DNA from: Actinomycetota bacterium
Lineage (GTDB): Bacteria > Actinomycetota > Thermoleophilia > Solirubrobacterales > Thermoleophilaceae
Length of the DNA stretch: 58,792 nt
Reading direction: 5' to 3'
Assembly (NCBI GenBank): GCA_046728795.1
Contig: JBKPFJ010000006.1
Location: 1 to 58,792 of the forward strand
Part shown: one piece after another, positions 35,994 through 46,300 of the stretch
How the letters are laid out: every line of letters starts with the position of its first letter
Numbering within the stretch: the first letter of the stretch is position 1
The notes under the pieces: generated by a model
Told to the model about the DNA's origin: nothing
Seen by the model: the letters and a program-made list of their open reading frames with translations, nothing else
Database searches by the model: none
Position numbers and translations under genes: made by a program

Positions 35994-37013
35994 ATGACCG
36001 ATGCAGCGATCCAGGTCCAGGGCCTCGTCAAGGAGTTCAAGAAGGGGCCGCGCGCGGTCGACGGCATCGACCTCGGGGTGGCGCCCGGCGAGATATACGG
36101 CTTCCTCGGCCCGAACGGAGCGGGCAAGTCGACCACGGTTCACGTGCTCACGACGCTCCTGCCTCCCACCGCGGGCCGCGCGCAGGTGGCCGGGCACGAC
36201 GTGGTCAAGGAGGGTGCGGCCGTGCGCGCCGCCATCGGCGCCGCCCTCCAGGAGGCGGCGCTCGATCCCTACCTGACGGGGCGCGAGCACATGCGCCTCC
36301 AGACCGCGCTCCACGGGCTCCCCAAGGAGGACCGCCGCCGCCGCGGGGACGCGCTGATCGATCGGGTCGGTCTGAGCGAGGCGGCCGACCGCAAGGTCGG
36401 GAGCTACTCGGGCGGAATGAAGCGCAGGCTGGACCTGGCCCTGGCGCTCGTCCACGAGCCGCGCATCCTCTTCCTCGACGAGCCGACGACGGGGCTCGAC
36501 CCGCAGAGCCGCACCTCGCTCTGGGCGGAGGTGGAGCGGCTCGCTCGCGAGGATGGCGTCACGGTGTTCCTCACCACCCAGTACCTCGAGGAGGCCGACG
36601 CGCTGGCCGGGCGCGTCGGGATCATCGACCACGGTCGGATCGTCGCCGAGGGCACCCCGGCGGCGCTGAAGGCCGAGATCGGCGAGCCGAGCGTCGAGGC
36701 GGTGCCCGCCGACCCCGCCGACAAGCCGCGCGTGGAGACGGTGCTCGAGCGCTTCGCCACGGCCGGCGACTGCCCCCACTCGACCGAGGACAGCGTTGCC
36801 GTGCGCCTGACGGCCGGTGACGCCGGGCTCGCAGACGTCGTGCGCGCGCTCGACTCCGAGGGCATCGACGTGGCCCACCTGCAGCTCCACGCGCCCAGCC
36901 TCGACGACGTCTTCCTGGCGAAGACCGGCCGCACCCTCGAGGGCGCTCGCGAGGAGGAGGAGACGGAGGAGCCCGTCCGGCGCGAGGCGCACCCCGAGGC
37001 CGCGCCGGCGTGA
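35994..37013 (+). CDS. ABC transporter ATP-binding protein (DrrA/daunorubicin-resistance-like)
   Basis: Walker A GPNGAGKST, signature YSGGMKRRL, Walker B LFLDEPTTGLD. Divergent from the MarR gene. Confidence 0.9.
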   Translation: MTDAAIQVQGLVKEFKKGPRAVDGIDLGVAPGEIYGFLGPNGAGKSTTVHVLTTLLPPTAGRAQVAGHDVVKEGAAVRAAIGAALQEAALDPYLTGREHMRLQTALHGLPKEDRRRRGDALIDRVGLSEAADRKVGSYSGGMKRRLDLALALVHEPRILFLDEPTTGLDPQSRTSLWAEVERLAREDGVTVFLTTQYLEEADALAGRVGIIDHGRIVAEGTPAALKAEIGEPSVEAVPADPADKPRVETVLERFATAGDCPHSTEDSVAVRLTAGDAGLADVVRALDSEGIDVAHLQLHAPSLDDVFLAKTGRTLEGAREEEETEEPVRREAHPEAAPA

Positions 37014-37792
37014 GCCTCGCGGCGCTCCGCACCCAGGTCGGGCAGCTCGCGCTGCGCTCGGTCGTGCGTACCGCGCGCCAGCCCGCCCAGATCGTGCCCG
37101 CCCTGGTGTTTCCGCTCTTCCTGCTAGCCGTGAACAGCGGTGGGCTCAACGCGGCCACAGAGATCCCGGGTTTCCCCTCCGATTCCTATCTCGCCTTCGC
37201 GCTCGCCGTGCCGTTCATCCAGGGCGGGCTGTTCGCGGTGATGAACGGCGGCACCGACCTGGCGCGCGACATCGAGACCGGCTTCCTCGATCGGCTCGCG
37301 CTCACGCCGCTCTCGGGCTTTGGGCTGGTGGTCGGCCAGCTCGCCGGCGTTCTCGCGCTCGGCGGGCTCTCCGCGATCGTCTACACGGTCGTAGGGCTGG
37401 CGGCGGGGGCGAGCCTGCAGGCCGGCGTGGGCGGCTTCGTGGTGCTGATGGCGCTCTCCATGGCGATCGCGCTCGCCTTCGGCGCTCTCGGCATCTTCGT
37501 GGCCCTGCGACTGGGCAGCGGGGAGGCGGTACAGAGCATGTTCCCGGTCCTCTTCGTGTTCCTCTTCCTGTCGTCGATGGCGCTGCCCCGCAACCTGATC
37601 GAGACCGACTGGTTCCGCACGGTTGCCACCTACAACCCGGTCTCGTACCTGATCGAGGGGATCCGCAGCCTCTTCATCACGGGATGGGACGGCGAGGCGC
37701 TGGCCCTGGCCTTCGGCGTCGCGGCCGTCATGTCGGCGCTGTTCCTGGCGGCGGCGAGCCTGAGCCTCCGCACGAGGCTGGTGCGCACGTGA
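37010..37792 (+). CDS. ABC-2 type transporter permease
   Basis: 4-nt overlap with the ATPase gene. Six hydrophobic segments are present, with the ending YNPVSYLIEGIRSLF typical of ABC-2 permeases. Confidence 0.8.
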   Translation: MSLAALRTQVGQLALRSVVRTARQPAQIVPALVFPLFLLAVNSGGLNAATEIPGFPSDSYLAFALAVPFIQGGLFAVMNGGTDLARDIETGFLDRLALTPLSGFGLVVGQLAGVLALGGLSAIVYTVVGLAAGASLQAGVGGFVVLMALSMAIALAFGALGIFVALRLGSGEAVQSMFPVLFVFLFLSSMALPRNLIETDWFRTVATYNPVSYLIEGIRSLFITGWDGEALALAFGVAAVMSALFLAAASLSLRTRLVRT

Positions 37793-38562
37793 GCGCCCGC
37801 TTCCGCTCGGTCGCGCTTGGGGTCGCCTGGCGCAACCTGCACAACTTCTTCACCAACCCGGCGCTCGTGCTGCCGGCGCTCCTCTTCCCGCTGTTCTTCT
37901 TCACCGCCTTCGCGGGCGGGCTCTCGCGCGTCGGCGACGCGCCCGGCTTCGACTTCCCGAGCGGCTACACGGCGTTCCAGTTCTCCTTTGTGCTGCTCCA
38001 AGCGTCCGCCTTCGGCGGGGTCTTCACCGGCTTCGCCATGGCCAGGGACTTCGAGAGCGGCTTCGGGCGGCGCATGATGCTGGCCGCCCCGCGGCGCACC
38101 GCGTTGCTGGCCGGCTATGCGATCTCGGCCGCGGTGCGCGCGGTGACTATCTGGGCCATCCTCACCGGCATCGCCCTGCTCGTGGGCATGCAGGTGGGCG
38201 GCGACGGGGTCGAGCTGGCGGGCATGTACGGGCTCGCCCTCCTCGTGAACGTCGCGGCCCTCATGTGGGCCGCCGGCATCGCCCTGCGCTTCCGTTCGCT
38301 CCAGGCCGGGCCCCTCATGCAGACGCCGGTATTCCTGATCCTCTTCCTGGCTCCCGTATACGTGCCCCTCGACCTGCTCGACGGCTGGATCCACGCCGTG
38401 GCGAGCTTCAATCCCCTCACCCTGCTGGTCGAGGCGGTGCGCGGCTTCATATCTGGAGAGCCCTTCCACGCCGCGGGCGCGTTCGCGGTCGGGGTAGTGC
38501 TCGTCCTGGCGTTCCTGGCCTGGGCCCTGCGCGGACTGCGCCGGGCCGAGGCCGCGGCGTAG
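37789..38562 (+). CDS. ABC-2 type transporter permease (second subunit)
   Basis: GTG 37789 overlaps the previous stop (GTGA). The protein is VSARFRSVALGVAWRNLHNFFTNP... with multiple TM helices and FNPLTLLVEAVRGF. The upstream part of ORF 36817..38562 is shadow sequence. Confidence 0.8.
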   Translation: MSARFRSVALGVAWRNLHNFFTNPALVLPALLFPLFFFTAFAGGLSRVGDAPGFDFPSGYTAFQFSFVLLQASAFGGVFTGFAMARDFESGFGRRMMLAAPRRTALLAGYAISAAVRAVTIWAILTGIALLVGMQVGGDGVELAGMYGLALLVNVAALMWAAGIALRFRSLQAGPLMQTPVFLILFLAPVYVPLDLLDGWIHAVASFNPLTLLVEAVRGFISGEPFHAAGAFAVGVVLVLAFLAWALRGLRRAEAAA

Positions 38563-38572
38563 GCTGTAGCGC

Positions 38573-38968
38573 GTGAAGCAGGGCAAGGGTTGGGCGGCCG
38601 CGAACGTCGGCGAGCTGGGCGAGGGGCCCGGCTTCCGCAAGGTCCGCCGCGCGCTCGGCGTGTCGGCCTTCGGGGTGAACGCCATCGAGCTCCCGGTGGC
38701 CTTTGAGACCGGCCGTCACTACCACGACGAGCAGGAGGAGCTGTACTTCGTCCACCGCGGAGTCGTCGAGATGGAGTTCGGTGATGGGCAAGTCGTCCGG
38801 CTGGAGCCCGGCGGCTTTGCACGGGTGGACGCGTCCACGGTCCGGAAGGTGCGGAACGTCGGGGAGGAGCCCGCCCTGTACGTGATCGTGGGCGGCAAGG
38901 GCGGCTACGTGGGCCGCGACGGACGGCTGCCCGAGGGCGAGACCAGCCGCTTCGGCGGACCGACCTGA
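38573..38968 (+). CDS. cupin domain protein
   Basis: GRHYHDEQEELYFVHRGVVEM...GGFARVDASTVRKVRNVG gives two cupin motifs. Confidence 0.75.
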   Translation: MKQGKGWAAANVGELGEGPGFRKVRRALGVSAFGVNAIELPVAFETGRHYHDEQEELYFVHRGVVEMEFGDGQVVRLEPGGFARVDASTVRKVRNVGEEPALYVIVGGKGGYVGRDGRLPEGETSRFGGPT

Positions 38969-38998
38969 CGGTCCGGCGTCGGGCCTCAACGGAGTCGT

Positions 38999-39271
38999 TT
39001 GCCCCGGAGGTCGGCGGGTACAACCAAGCACATGTGGGGATTCACCATGGTGCTCGGCGGTGTCATCCTGGCCCTGATCGCCTTCGCGTTCGCTTGGGGC
39101 GCGCCCATTCTCGCGCTGCCGATCGCCTTCGTTGCGGTGCTCGTGATCGGCGCGGCCGACTTCCGCCGCCGTCGCAGGCAGGCCAAGCAGATGCACCACC
39201 TCCGCGACGAGGCAAAGACCGGCGGCGTCGAGTTCACCGAGCGCGACCAGCGGACCCTCGTCTCCGAGTAG
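38999..39271 (+). CDS. small membrane protein, hypothetical
   Basis: Two hydrophobic helices (VLGGVILALIAFAFAWGAPILALPIAFVAVLVIGA) are followed by a basic stretch. The start is ambiguous among three ATGs. Confidence 0.45.
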   Translation: MPRRSAGTTKHMWGFTMVLGGVILALIAFAFAWGAPILALPIAFVAVLVIGAADFRRRRRQAKQMHHLRDEAKTGGVEFTERDQRTLVSE

Positions 39272-39278
39272 CGCCCGC

Positions 39279-40004
39279 GTGCGTCCGGTTCGGGTCGGCT
39301 GCTCCGGCTGGAACTACGACGACTGGAGGGGGCGGCTCTATCCCGAGGGGCTCGGCAAGGCACGCTGGCTGCGGCGGTACGCCGAATGCTTCGACACCGT
39401 CGAGGTGAACTCGACCTTCTACCGCCTGGCCTCGCGCGACGCGGCAGCCCGCTGGGTAGAGGACACGCCGCCTGGCTTCGTGTTTGCCTGCAAGGCGAGC
39501 CGTTACCTCACGCACATCAAGCGGCTGCGGGACCTCGCGCAGGGCATCCAGCGCTACTACGAGCGGATCGAGCCGCTGGTCGAGGGAGGGAAGCTGGGGC
39601 CCATCGTGTGGCAGCTGCCCGCGAACTTCCGGCGCGACGACGAGGTGCTCGGCGGAGCCCTCGAGGCGCTTCCGGACGGCCGGCACTGCTTCGAGTTCCG
39701 CCACGAGAGCTGGTTCACGCCCGCCGTCTACGAGCAACTGCGGGCGCACGGCGTGGCGTTGGTGATCGGAGACCACCCCGAGCGGCCCTTCCAGTCGTAC
39801 GAGCTGACCGCCGACTTCACGCTCGTCCGCTTCCACCACGGGACGCGCGGCCGGCGAGGCAACTACTCGGGCTCCGAGATCGACTCGTGGGCCAGGCGGC
39901 TCGCCGCCTGGCGCTCACGGGTCGAGGTCTTCGCCTACTTCAACAACGACTGGGAGGGGTTCGCCGTCGAGAACGCGCTCGCGCTCCGACGGCACCTCTC
40001 CTAG
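39279..40004 (+). CDS. DUF72 domain-containing protein
   Basis: Motifs: RVGCSGWNYDDWRGRLYP, VEVNSTFYRL, FEFRHESW, AYFNND. Confidence 0.85.
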   Translation: MRPVRVGCSGWNYDDWRGRLYPEGLGKARWLRRYAECFDTVEVNSTFYRLASRDAAARWVEDTPPGFVFACKASRYLTHIKRLRDLAQGIQRYYERIEPLVEGGKLGPIVWQLPANFRRDDEVLGGALEALPDGRHCFEFRHESWFTPAVYEQLRAHGVALVIGDHPERPFQSYELTADFTLVRFHHGTRGRRGNYSGSEIDSWARRLAAWRSRVEVFAYFNNDWEGFAVENALALRRHLS

Positions 40005-40008
40005 GGCA

Positions 40009-40833
40009 CTAGACCGCGGAGGAGGCGGCGGCGGCGCTCTGCAGCCGCTCGAGCGCGCGCCGCAGGAGGCGCGATACGTGCATCTGCGAGACGCCGATCC
40101 GGTCCCCGATCTCCCGCTGCGTGAGGTCCTCGACGAAGCGCAGGTGCAACACCCTCCGCTCGCGCTCGGGCAGCGCCCGCCAGGCGCCGGCGATCGCGTC
40201 GCGAGACTCGATCAGCTCGTAGCCCCCGTCCTCGATGCCGATCGTGTCGGAGACGGTGGGCGCGTCGTCCGGATCGCTTCCTCCCACCGGGGCGTCCAGG
40301 GAGGCCGCCTCGTATGAGTTGGCCGCCTCGCGCGCCTCGAGCACGTCCTCCGCCGAGCAGCCAAGGCGCTCCGCGATCTCGCGGACGGACGGGGAGCGGC
40401 CCAGCCGCTTCGCCAGGATCTCGCTCTCCTTGTTCACGGCCATCACGCGCTCCTGCATGTCGCGCGGCACGCGCAGCGCCCAGCCCTTGTCGCGGAAGTG
40501 TCGCTTCAGCTCACCGAGGATGGTCGGCACCGCGTAGCTCGTGAAGCGGGTGCCGCGTCCGGCGTCGAAGCGATCGATCGCCTTGAGCAGGCCGAGGTAA
40601 GCCACCTGCGTCAGATCCTCGACTGGCTCGTCCGTGTAGCGGTAGCGCAGCGCCAGGTCCCGCGCGAGCGGCATGAAGCGCTCGGTGAGCTCGGCGCGGG
40701 CGGCGAGATCTCCGCTCGCCTGATAGCGGCGCATCAGGTTCGACTCGTGTCGAGTACGAGCCGGTCCATGGCTCCGGCGCCTCTTCGGCGCCCGGGTACG
40801 GATGGGAGACGCGACCGTTGCAACGGTCATCAC
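40009..40833 (-). CDS. RNA polymerase sigma factor, SigB/SigF/SigG subfamily
   Basis: Region 2 is YLGLLKAIDRFD...FTSYAVPTILGELKRHFRD. Region 4 is TQREIGDRIGVSQMHVSRLLRRAL. A basic N-terminal extension is present. Confidence 0.9.
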   Translation of the reverse strand: MMTVATVASPIRTRAPKRRRSHGPARTRHESNLMRRYQASGDLAARAELTERFMPLARDLALRYRYTDEPVEDLTQVAYLGLLKAIDRFDAGRGTRFTSYAVPTILGELKRHFRDKGWALRVPRDMQERVMAVNKESEILAKRLGRSPSVREIAERLGCSAEDVLEAREAANSYEAASLDAPVGGSDPDDAPTVSDTIGIEDGGYELIESRDAIAGAWRALPERERRVLHLRFVEDLTQREIGDRIGVSQMHVSRLLRRALERLQSAAAASSAV

Positions 40834-41082
40834 GCTTGACCTCCTGTCGGTTACTGCCTACTGGACAGAAGGTCCGTCCCCTAGCCGGCGCGCGGCGCGG
40901 AGCGTCCCCTCACAACCTACCGGTGTCTTGGGTGCCCCCGTCGGGAGCCTCCCCTGTGCCACCGTTCTCTGTATGGGGTATCCCACCCTTCCGGGAAGGC
41001 TAAACGTAGGGAGCCTGACGATCGTTTCGGCGAAGGCACGCCGGGTACCGACCTCGCGGGAACCGACTGAAGGAGACACGAC

Positions 41083-41544
41083 ATGTTGACGCTGCTCGGG
41101 CGGCTGTTGCCCTTTGCGATCGGAGCCGGACTGGCCTACTTCCTCGACCCCGACAACGGCAACCGCCGGCGCAAGATGGCGCTTGAGCGCCTCGGCGGCC
41201 TGGGCCGCTCGGCACAGCAGAGCACCGAGCGTGCGGCCAGCTACGCCGCGTCGCAGGCGGCGGGGACCGCGCAGCGGGTCACGCACCCCGTGTCCGCGCA
41301 GGAGCCGCCGGGCGACGACATCACGCTCGCGCGCAAGGTCGAGAGCGAGATCTTCAGGCCCGAGGACGCGCCAAAGGGACAGGTGAACGTCCAGGCCGTC
41401 GACGGCATCGTCGAGCTCCGCGGCGAGGTCGACGACCCTCAGACGATCGAGGAGATCGTGCGCAAGGCGGAGGCGATTCCCGGTGTGCGCGGCGTGGAGA
41501 ACCTGCTCCACACGCCGGGCACCGAGGCGCCCACGCGCAGCTAG
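41083..41544 (+). CDS. BON domain-containing protein (OsmY-like)
   Basis: GAAGGAG lies 8 nt upstream of the ATG. There is an N-terminal TM helix and a C-terminal BON domain, VNVQAVDGIVELRGEVDDPQTIEEIVRKAEAIPGVRGVENLL. Confidence 0.8.
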   Translation: MLTLLGRLLPFAIGAGLAYFLDPDNGNRRRKMALERLGGLGRSAQQSTERAASYAASQAAGTAQRVTHPVSAQEPPGDDITLARKVESEIFRPEDAPKGQVNVQAVDGIVELRGEVDDPQTIEEIVRKAEAIPGVRGVENLLHTPGTEAPTRS

Positions 41545-42446
41545 CGCCGGGCGCCGCCGCGGGCGGCGCCCTCCTCGATGCGCCTCCGCTGCGGGGCGAT
41601 CACGTATTTCGGGTCGGCGGCCGAGTCGGAGCCGGCCTTGAAGACGCTCCAGCGCGCCGCAAGGGCGCCGGCCGCGAGCAGCGCACCGCCGGCCGCCGCG
41701 GCGCCGCGTGAACGCCCTCCGCGGGCCGCCACCAGCGCTGCGCCCCCAGCCAGCAGCGCCTTGGCGAGCTTTCCGAACCGGCCGGCCCTACCCGACCGGT
41801 AGGGCTCGCCGAGCTCGCCGAGGCGGTGCTCCATCACCTGCGTGGCGGCCAGCTCGACCGCGGCGCCGCCCACCGCCAGGCGGCGGGCCGGCCCCGCGTG
41901 TCGAGGCGGGGTGGCGGCCACGGTGATCCCGCCCGCGCTCGCGGCCGCGCCGCCCGCGAACGCGAACGGCAGCACGCGATGAGCCTCGTGCCACACAGGG
42001 ACCGCCGTGTTCGACACGAGCGCCGCCGTATAGGTGGTTAGCGGCAGCCCGAGCAGCGCCGCCGCCGGCCTCGAGGCGGCGGCCGGCCGGGCGAGGCGGC
42101 CGGTCAATGAGTTCGTCGCCGCGACGGCCGTGGTCGCGCCGCTCGCGCTCAGGATCCAGGACCCCACGCTCATGGGCGAGGTGACCTTGAACATGCGCAG
42201 CATGTTCAGGAAGCGCGCCGGCCTGCCGAGGTCCGAGACCAGGAGCAGCGGGCTGACCGAGACGCCGCCGAGCGAGATCGCCCAGGCGCGCCGCGCGAGG
42301 GGCTCGTTGCCCCGTACTTCGGCGAGATACGCAAGCCCGGCCGCGGCACCGGCAAGGCCCCCGGTGAAGAAGTAGAAGGGGATCTCCCAGGTCCAGATCG
42401 GCTTCTTGATGACGGGCTGGCCGTAGTAGCTGCGGACCTCCGTCAC
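41541..42446 (-). CDS. NrfD/PsrC-type polysulfide-reductase-like integral membrane subunit
   Basis: GTG 42446 overlaps the stop of the Fe-S subunit gene (GTGA). The protein starts VTEVRSYYGQPVIKKPIWTWEIPFYFFTGGLAGA and has about 8 TM helices. The upstream part of ORF 41541..42854 is shadow sequence. Confidence 0.8.
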   Translation of the reverse strand: MTEVRSYYGQPVIKKPIWTWEIPFYFFTGGLAGAAAGLAYLAEVRGNEPLARRAWAISLGGVSVSPLLLVSDLGRPARFLNMLRMFKVTSPMSVGSWILSASGATTAVAATNSLTGRLARPAAASRPAAALLGLPLTTYTAALVSNTAVPVWHEAHRVLPFAFAGGAAASAGGITVAATPPRHAGPARRLAVGGAAVELAATQVMEHRLGELGEPYRSGRAGRFGKLAKALLAGGAALVAARGGRSRGAAAAGGALLAAGALAARWSVFKAGSDSAADPKYVIAPQRRRIEEGAARGGARR

Positions 42447-43300
42447 GAGCGCCCCCCGAAGACGGCCGCGCCAAGGCCGGCCCCGAGGGCGAGCGCCGCG
42501 GCGCCGGCCGCGGCCCAGATCGAGCCGAGCTCGCGGCGGGTGTCCACGGGGTCGGGCGGCAGGCCGTAGACCTCGGGCTCGTCGAGCAGCAGGAAGAAGG
42601 CCCCGGCGCCGCCGATGCCGTCCTCCTCGTCGGCGAGATAGAGCCGGGCCCGGTCCTGCCCGGCCTCGACCATCCGCTCCAGGCGCGCCTCCGCGCGTTC
42701 GCGCAGCTCGTCGAGCTCGCCGAACTGGATCGAGTTCGTAGGGCAGGCCTTCGCGCAGGCCGGCTCCTTGTCGTCCTTGAGCCGGTCGTAGCAGAGCGTG
42801 CACTTCCACACTCGACCGTCGCCCTCGCGCTGGTCGAGCACGCCGAAGGGGCATGCGGCCACGCAGTAGCCGCAGCCGTTGCAGACGTCCTCCTGGACGA
42901 CCACCGTCTCGAACTCGGTCCGGAACAGCGCGCCGGTCGGGCAGACCTCGAGGCAGGCGGCCTCCGTGCAGTGCTTGCAGACGTCCGAGGACATGAGCCA
43001 GCGGATGCCGTCACCCTCCTGGTAGGTGGCGAGCCCGCCGGCCTCCGCGAGACGCCCGCGCTCCGCGGCTTCGACGAGCGACGCCCCGCCATCGGCGTCC
43101 ACGGGCACCTTCTGCTCGACGAAGGCCACGTGTCGCCAGGTGTTCGCCCCCAGGGCGAGCGTGTTGTCGTAGGACTTGCCCGTGAAGCCCTGCATCGAGT
43201 CGGGGATCCGATTCCACTCCTTGCAGGCCACCTCGCAGGCCTTGCAGCCGATGCAGATCGACGTATCGGTGAAGAAGCCCTTTCGCGGGGTCTCGCTCAC
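42443..43300 (-). CDS. formate dehydrogenase-type 4Fe-4S subunit (FdnH-like) with C-terminal TM anchor
   Basis: Four Cys clusters are present: CIGCKACEVAC, CKHCTEAACLEVCP, CNGCGYCVAACP and CTLCYDR...CAKACP. The C-terminus IWAAAGAAALALGAGLGAAVFGG is hydrophobic. It overlaps the alpha subunit gene by 4 nt. Confidence 0.9.
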   Translation of the reverse strand: MSETPRKGFFTDTSICIGCKACEVACKEWNRIPDSMQGFTGKSYDNTLALGANTWRHVAFVEQKVPVDADGGASLVEAAERGRLAEAGGLATYQEGDGIRWLMSSDVCKHCTEAACLEVCPTGALFRTEFETVVVQEDVCNGCGYCVAACPFGVLDQREGDGRVWKCTLCYDRLKDDKEPACAKACPTNSIQFGELDELRERAEARLERMVEAGQDRARLYLADEEDGIGGAGAFFLLLDEPEVYGLPPDPVDTRRELGSIWAAAGAAALALGAGLGAAVFGGRS

Positions 43301-46300
43301 GAGACGCCCGCCCGGCGCCGGTACTCCTCGACGAACTCGAGCAGGTCCGGGCCCCTCGGCCGCCTCCCGGGGCGGATGTCACAGGTGGCGGCCTTGACCT
43401 CCTGGATATGGACGTTTGGGTCGAGCGCGAGCGAGAACAGGTCGTTCGCCGAGTCCCCCGTGGCCACGCCGCGCTTGCCCCAGTGATAGGGCACGCCCAC
43501 CTGCTGGATCGTGCGTCCCTGAACCTCGAGCGGCTTCAGCCGATCGGTCACCAGCACGCGCGCCTCCACCGCCGAGCGCGCGGTCACGATCGTCGCCCAG
43601 GCGCCGTGCTCGAGCCCGCGCTCCTCGGCCAGCTTGGGGCTCACCTCGCAGAAGAACTCGGGCTGGAGCTCCGAGAGATAGCGGGTCGTGCGCGACATGC
43701 CGCCCGCCGTGTGGTGCTCGGTGAGCCGGTAGCTCGTGAGCACGTACGGGTACACCTCGCTTCCGACCGGGTTGTAGCGGTTCTCCTTGCGGTCGTAGCG
43801 CTGCCGCGCGGGATTCTGCTGCTGACCGTAGAGCGGGTTGGGGAACGGGGACTCGTGCGGCTCGTAGTGGGTGGGGAGCGGCCCGTCGACCAGCCCCGCG
43901 GGCACGTACAGCCACCCGAGCCCGTCCGGGTGGACGACATAAGGCTCGCGCCCCGTCAGGGCCTCGGTGCCCGAGGCGTCCCCCTCCGGCGTGTAGTCGG
44001 GCGGCTTGTCGGGCGTGATGTCGGGTGAGTCGCGGCCGGTCCACCTGCCCTGCTCTTCGTCCCACCAGACGTAGCGCTTGCGCTCCGACCACGGTCTCCC
44101 CTCCGGATCCGCCGAGGAGCGGTTGTAGAGGATGCGCACGTTCTTCGGCCACGACCAGCCCCATTCGAGGGCGACCCAATCCTGCTCGGTGTGCGGCCGC
44201 CTGCGGGCGGCCTGGTTGACGCCGCCCTTGTAGATCCCGGCGTGGAGCCAGGAGCCGCAGCTCGTCGTGCCGTCCGGCGTCAACTCCTCGTACTGCCCGA
44301 TGAACTCGCCCGTCTCGAGGTTCCTGCCGTTGATCTCCTGGAGCACGGCCTCGGCGACGGGTTCCGCCCGGGGGCCCTGCGTCGGGTAGTCCCAGGTCAG
44401 GTCGAGGATCGGGCGCTCCACGGGCTCCTGTGAGCCCGCGAGCTTCTCGCGGATCTTCCTTCCCAGGTGGTAGAAGAAGTGGAGCTCCGAGCGGCAGTCG
44501 GCCGGCGGCTCGAGCGCCTTGGCGTGCCACTGGAGGAGCCGCTGGGTGTTGGTGAAGCAGCCGTCCTTCTCCGTGTGGGCGGCCGCCGGCAGGAAGAAGA
44601 CCTCCGTCTTTATGTCCTCCGTCCGGAGCTCACCGGTCTCGATCTCCGCGGAGTCGCGCCAGAAGGTGGCGGTCTCGATCAGGTTCGTGTCCCGAACGAC
44701 GAGCCAGTCGAGGTGAGACATGGCCAGGCGCTGGAGCTTCCCGTTGGCCGAGCCGACGGCCGGGTTCTCGCCGACGACGAAGAAGCCCGGCACCTCGTCC
44801 TCCAGCATCCGGAGCATCGTCGAGTAGTGCGAGTGGTCGCCGTCGATGCGCGGCAGGTACTCGAAGCAGAACTCGTTCTCCTTGGTCGCGGCGTCGCCGA
44901 ACCACGCCTTGAGCATGCTCGTGATGTACGCGTGGAGGCTGCCCCAGGCCCCTGTGCTCGGCGCGTTCAGGTCGACGAAGGTCTCGAGGGTGGGCGTCTC
45001 CTGCGGATGCGGCATCGGGATGTAGCTCGGCAGGATGTTGAACAGCGTCGGGATGTCCGTGGAGCCCTGGATGTTCGCGTGGCCGCGCAGGGCGAGTATC
45101 CCGCCGCCGGGGCGCCCGATGTTGCCGAGCAGGAACTGGATGATGGCCGCGCTGCGGATGTACTGGACGCCCACGGTGTGCTGGGTCCAGCCCACCGAGT
45201 ACACGAAAGCGGAGGTTCGCTCGCGGCCCGAGTTCTCGCAGAGCGTCTGCGCCACGCGGAGAAAGAGCTCCTTCGGCACCCCGCAGATCTCCTCCACCAT
45301 CTCGGGCGTGTAGCGACGGAAGTGCTTCTTGAGCAGCTGAAAGACGCAGTTCGGATGCTCGAGCGTCCGGTCCTGCTCCGGCAGCTCGCCGCGCTCCAAC
45401 TCGATGCCGTGCGCGCCGTGGGACTGCTCACCCGACACGTCCGCGTCCTGCTCCTCCTTGCCGCCTGAGGCCTCCTCCTTCGTGCCGGCGTAGCTCCAGC
45501 TCGTCACGTCGTAGACGCCGTCTTCCTCCAGCCAGCCGGAGAAGAAGCCGTCCAGGTCCTCGGTGTCCCGGAACTCGTCATTGATGATCACGCGCGCGTT
45601 CGTGTACTCCCGGACGTACTCGCGGAACTCACGCCCGTTCTCGAGGATGTAGTTGATCACCCCGCCCAGGAAGGCGATGTCCGTGCCCGAGCGAATCGGC
45701 ACGTGCAGGTCCGCCATCGCGCTCGTGCGCGTGTAGCGCGGGTCGACGTGGATGATCTTCGCCCCCCGCTCCTTGGCCTCGATCACCCACTGGAACCCCA
45801 CCGGGTGGCACTCGGCCATGTTGGATCCGATGATCACGATGCAGTCGGAGTTCTGCAGATCCTGCTGGAAGGTGGTGGCTCCTCCCCTACCGAGCGAGGT
45901 CCCCAGACCGGGGACCGTGGAGCTGTGTCATATGCGCGCCTGGTTCTCGATCTGGACCGCGCCCAGGGCCGTGAACAGCTTCTTGATCAGGTAGTTCTCC
46001 TCGCTGTCCAGCGTCGCGCCCCCAAGGACGGCGATCCCGCGGGTGCGGTTCAGCGGCCTGCCGTTGTCGTCCTCCTGCTCCCAAGTGTCGCGGCGGGCGG
46101 CGATCACGCGGTCGGCGATCATGTCCGTGGCCGTCTCGAGGTCGAGGTCCTCCCACTCTGTGGCAAAGGGGCGGCGGTAGCGCAGCTTCATCTCGCGGAG
46201 GGGGCTGTTCACGTACTGCTCGGTGGCCGCACCCTTCGGGCAGAGCCGGCCGCGTGAGATCGGGCTGTCCGGGTCGCCCTCGATCTGCACGACCTTCTCG

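Noticed and set aside
40976-40981. A GGGTAT box upstream of the BON gene, read as a SigF-type -10 element.
   Set aside because: There is no GTTT-like -35 element at the expected 15-17 nt spacing, and a single hexamer is not enough evidence. I mention it only as a hypothesis in a finding.
45838-45927. The gap between the two formate dehydrogenase ORFs, read as a frameshift, a pseudogene or a gene split.
   Set aside because: Both ORFs are in the same frame. The only interruption is a single TGA at the exact Sec position of FdnG, and it is followed by a SECIS-like hairpin. The intervening 30 codons translate into conserved FDH sequence.
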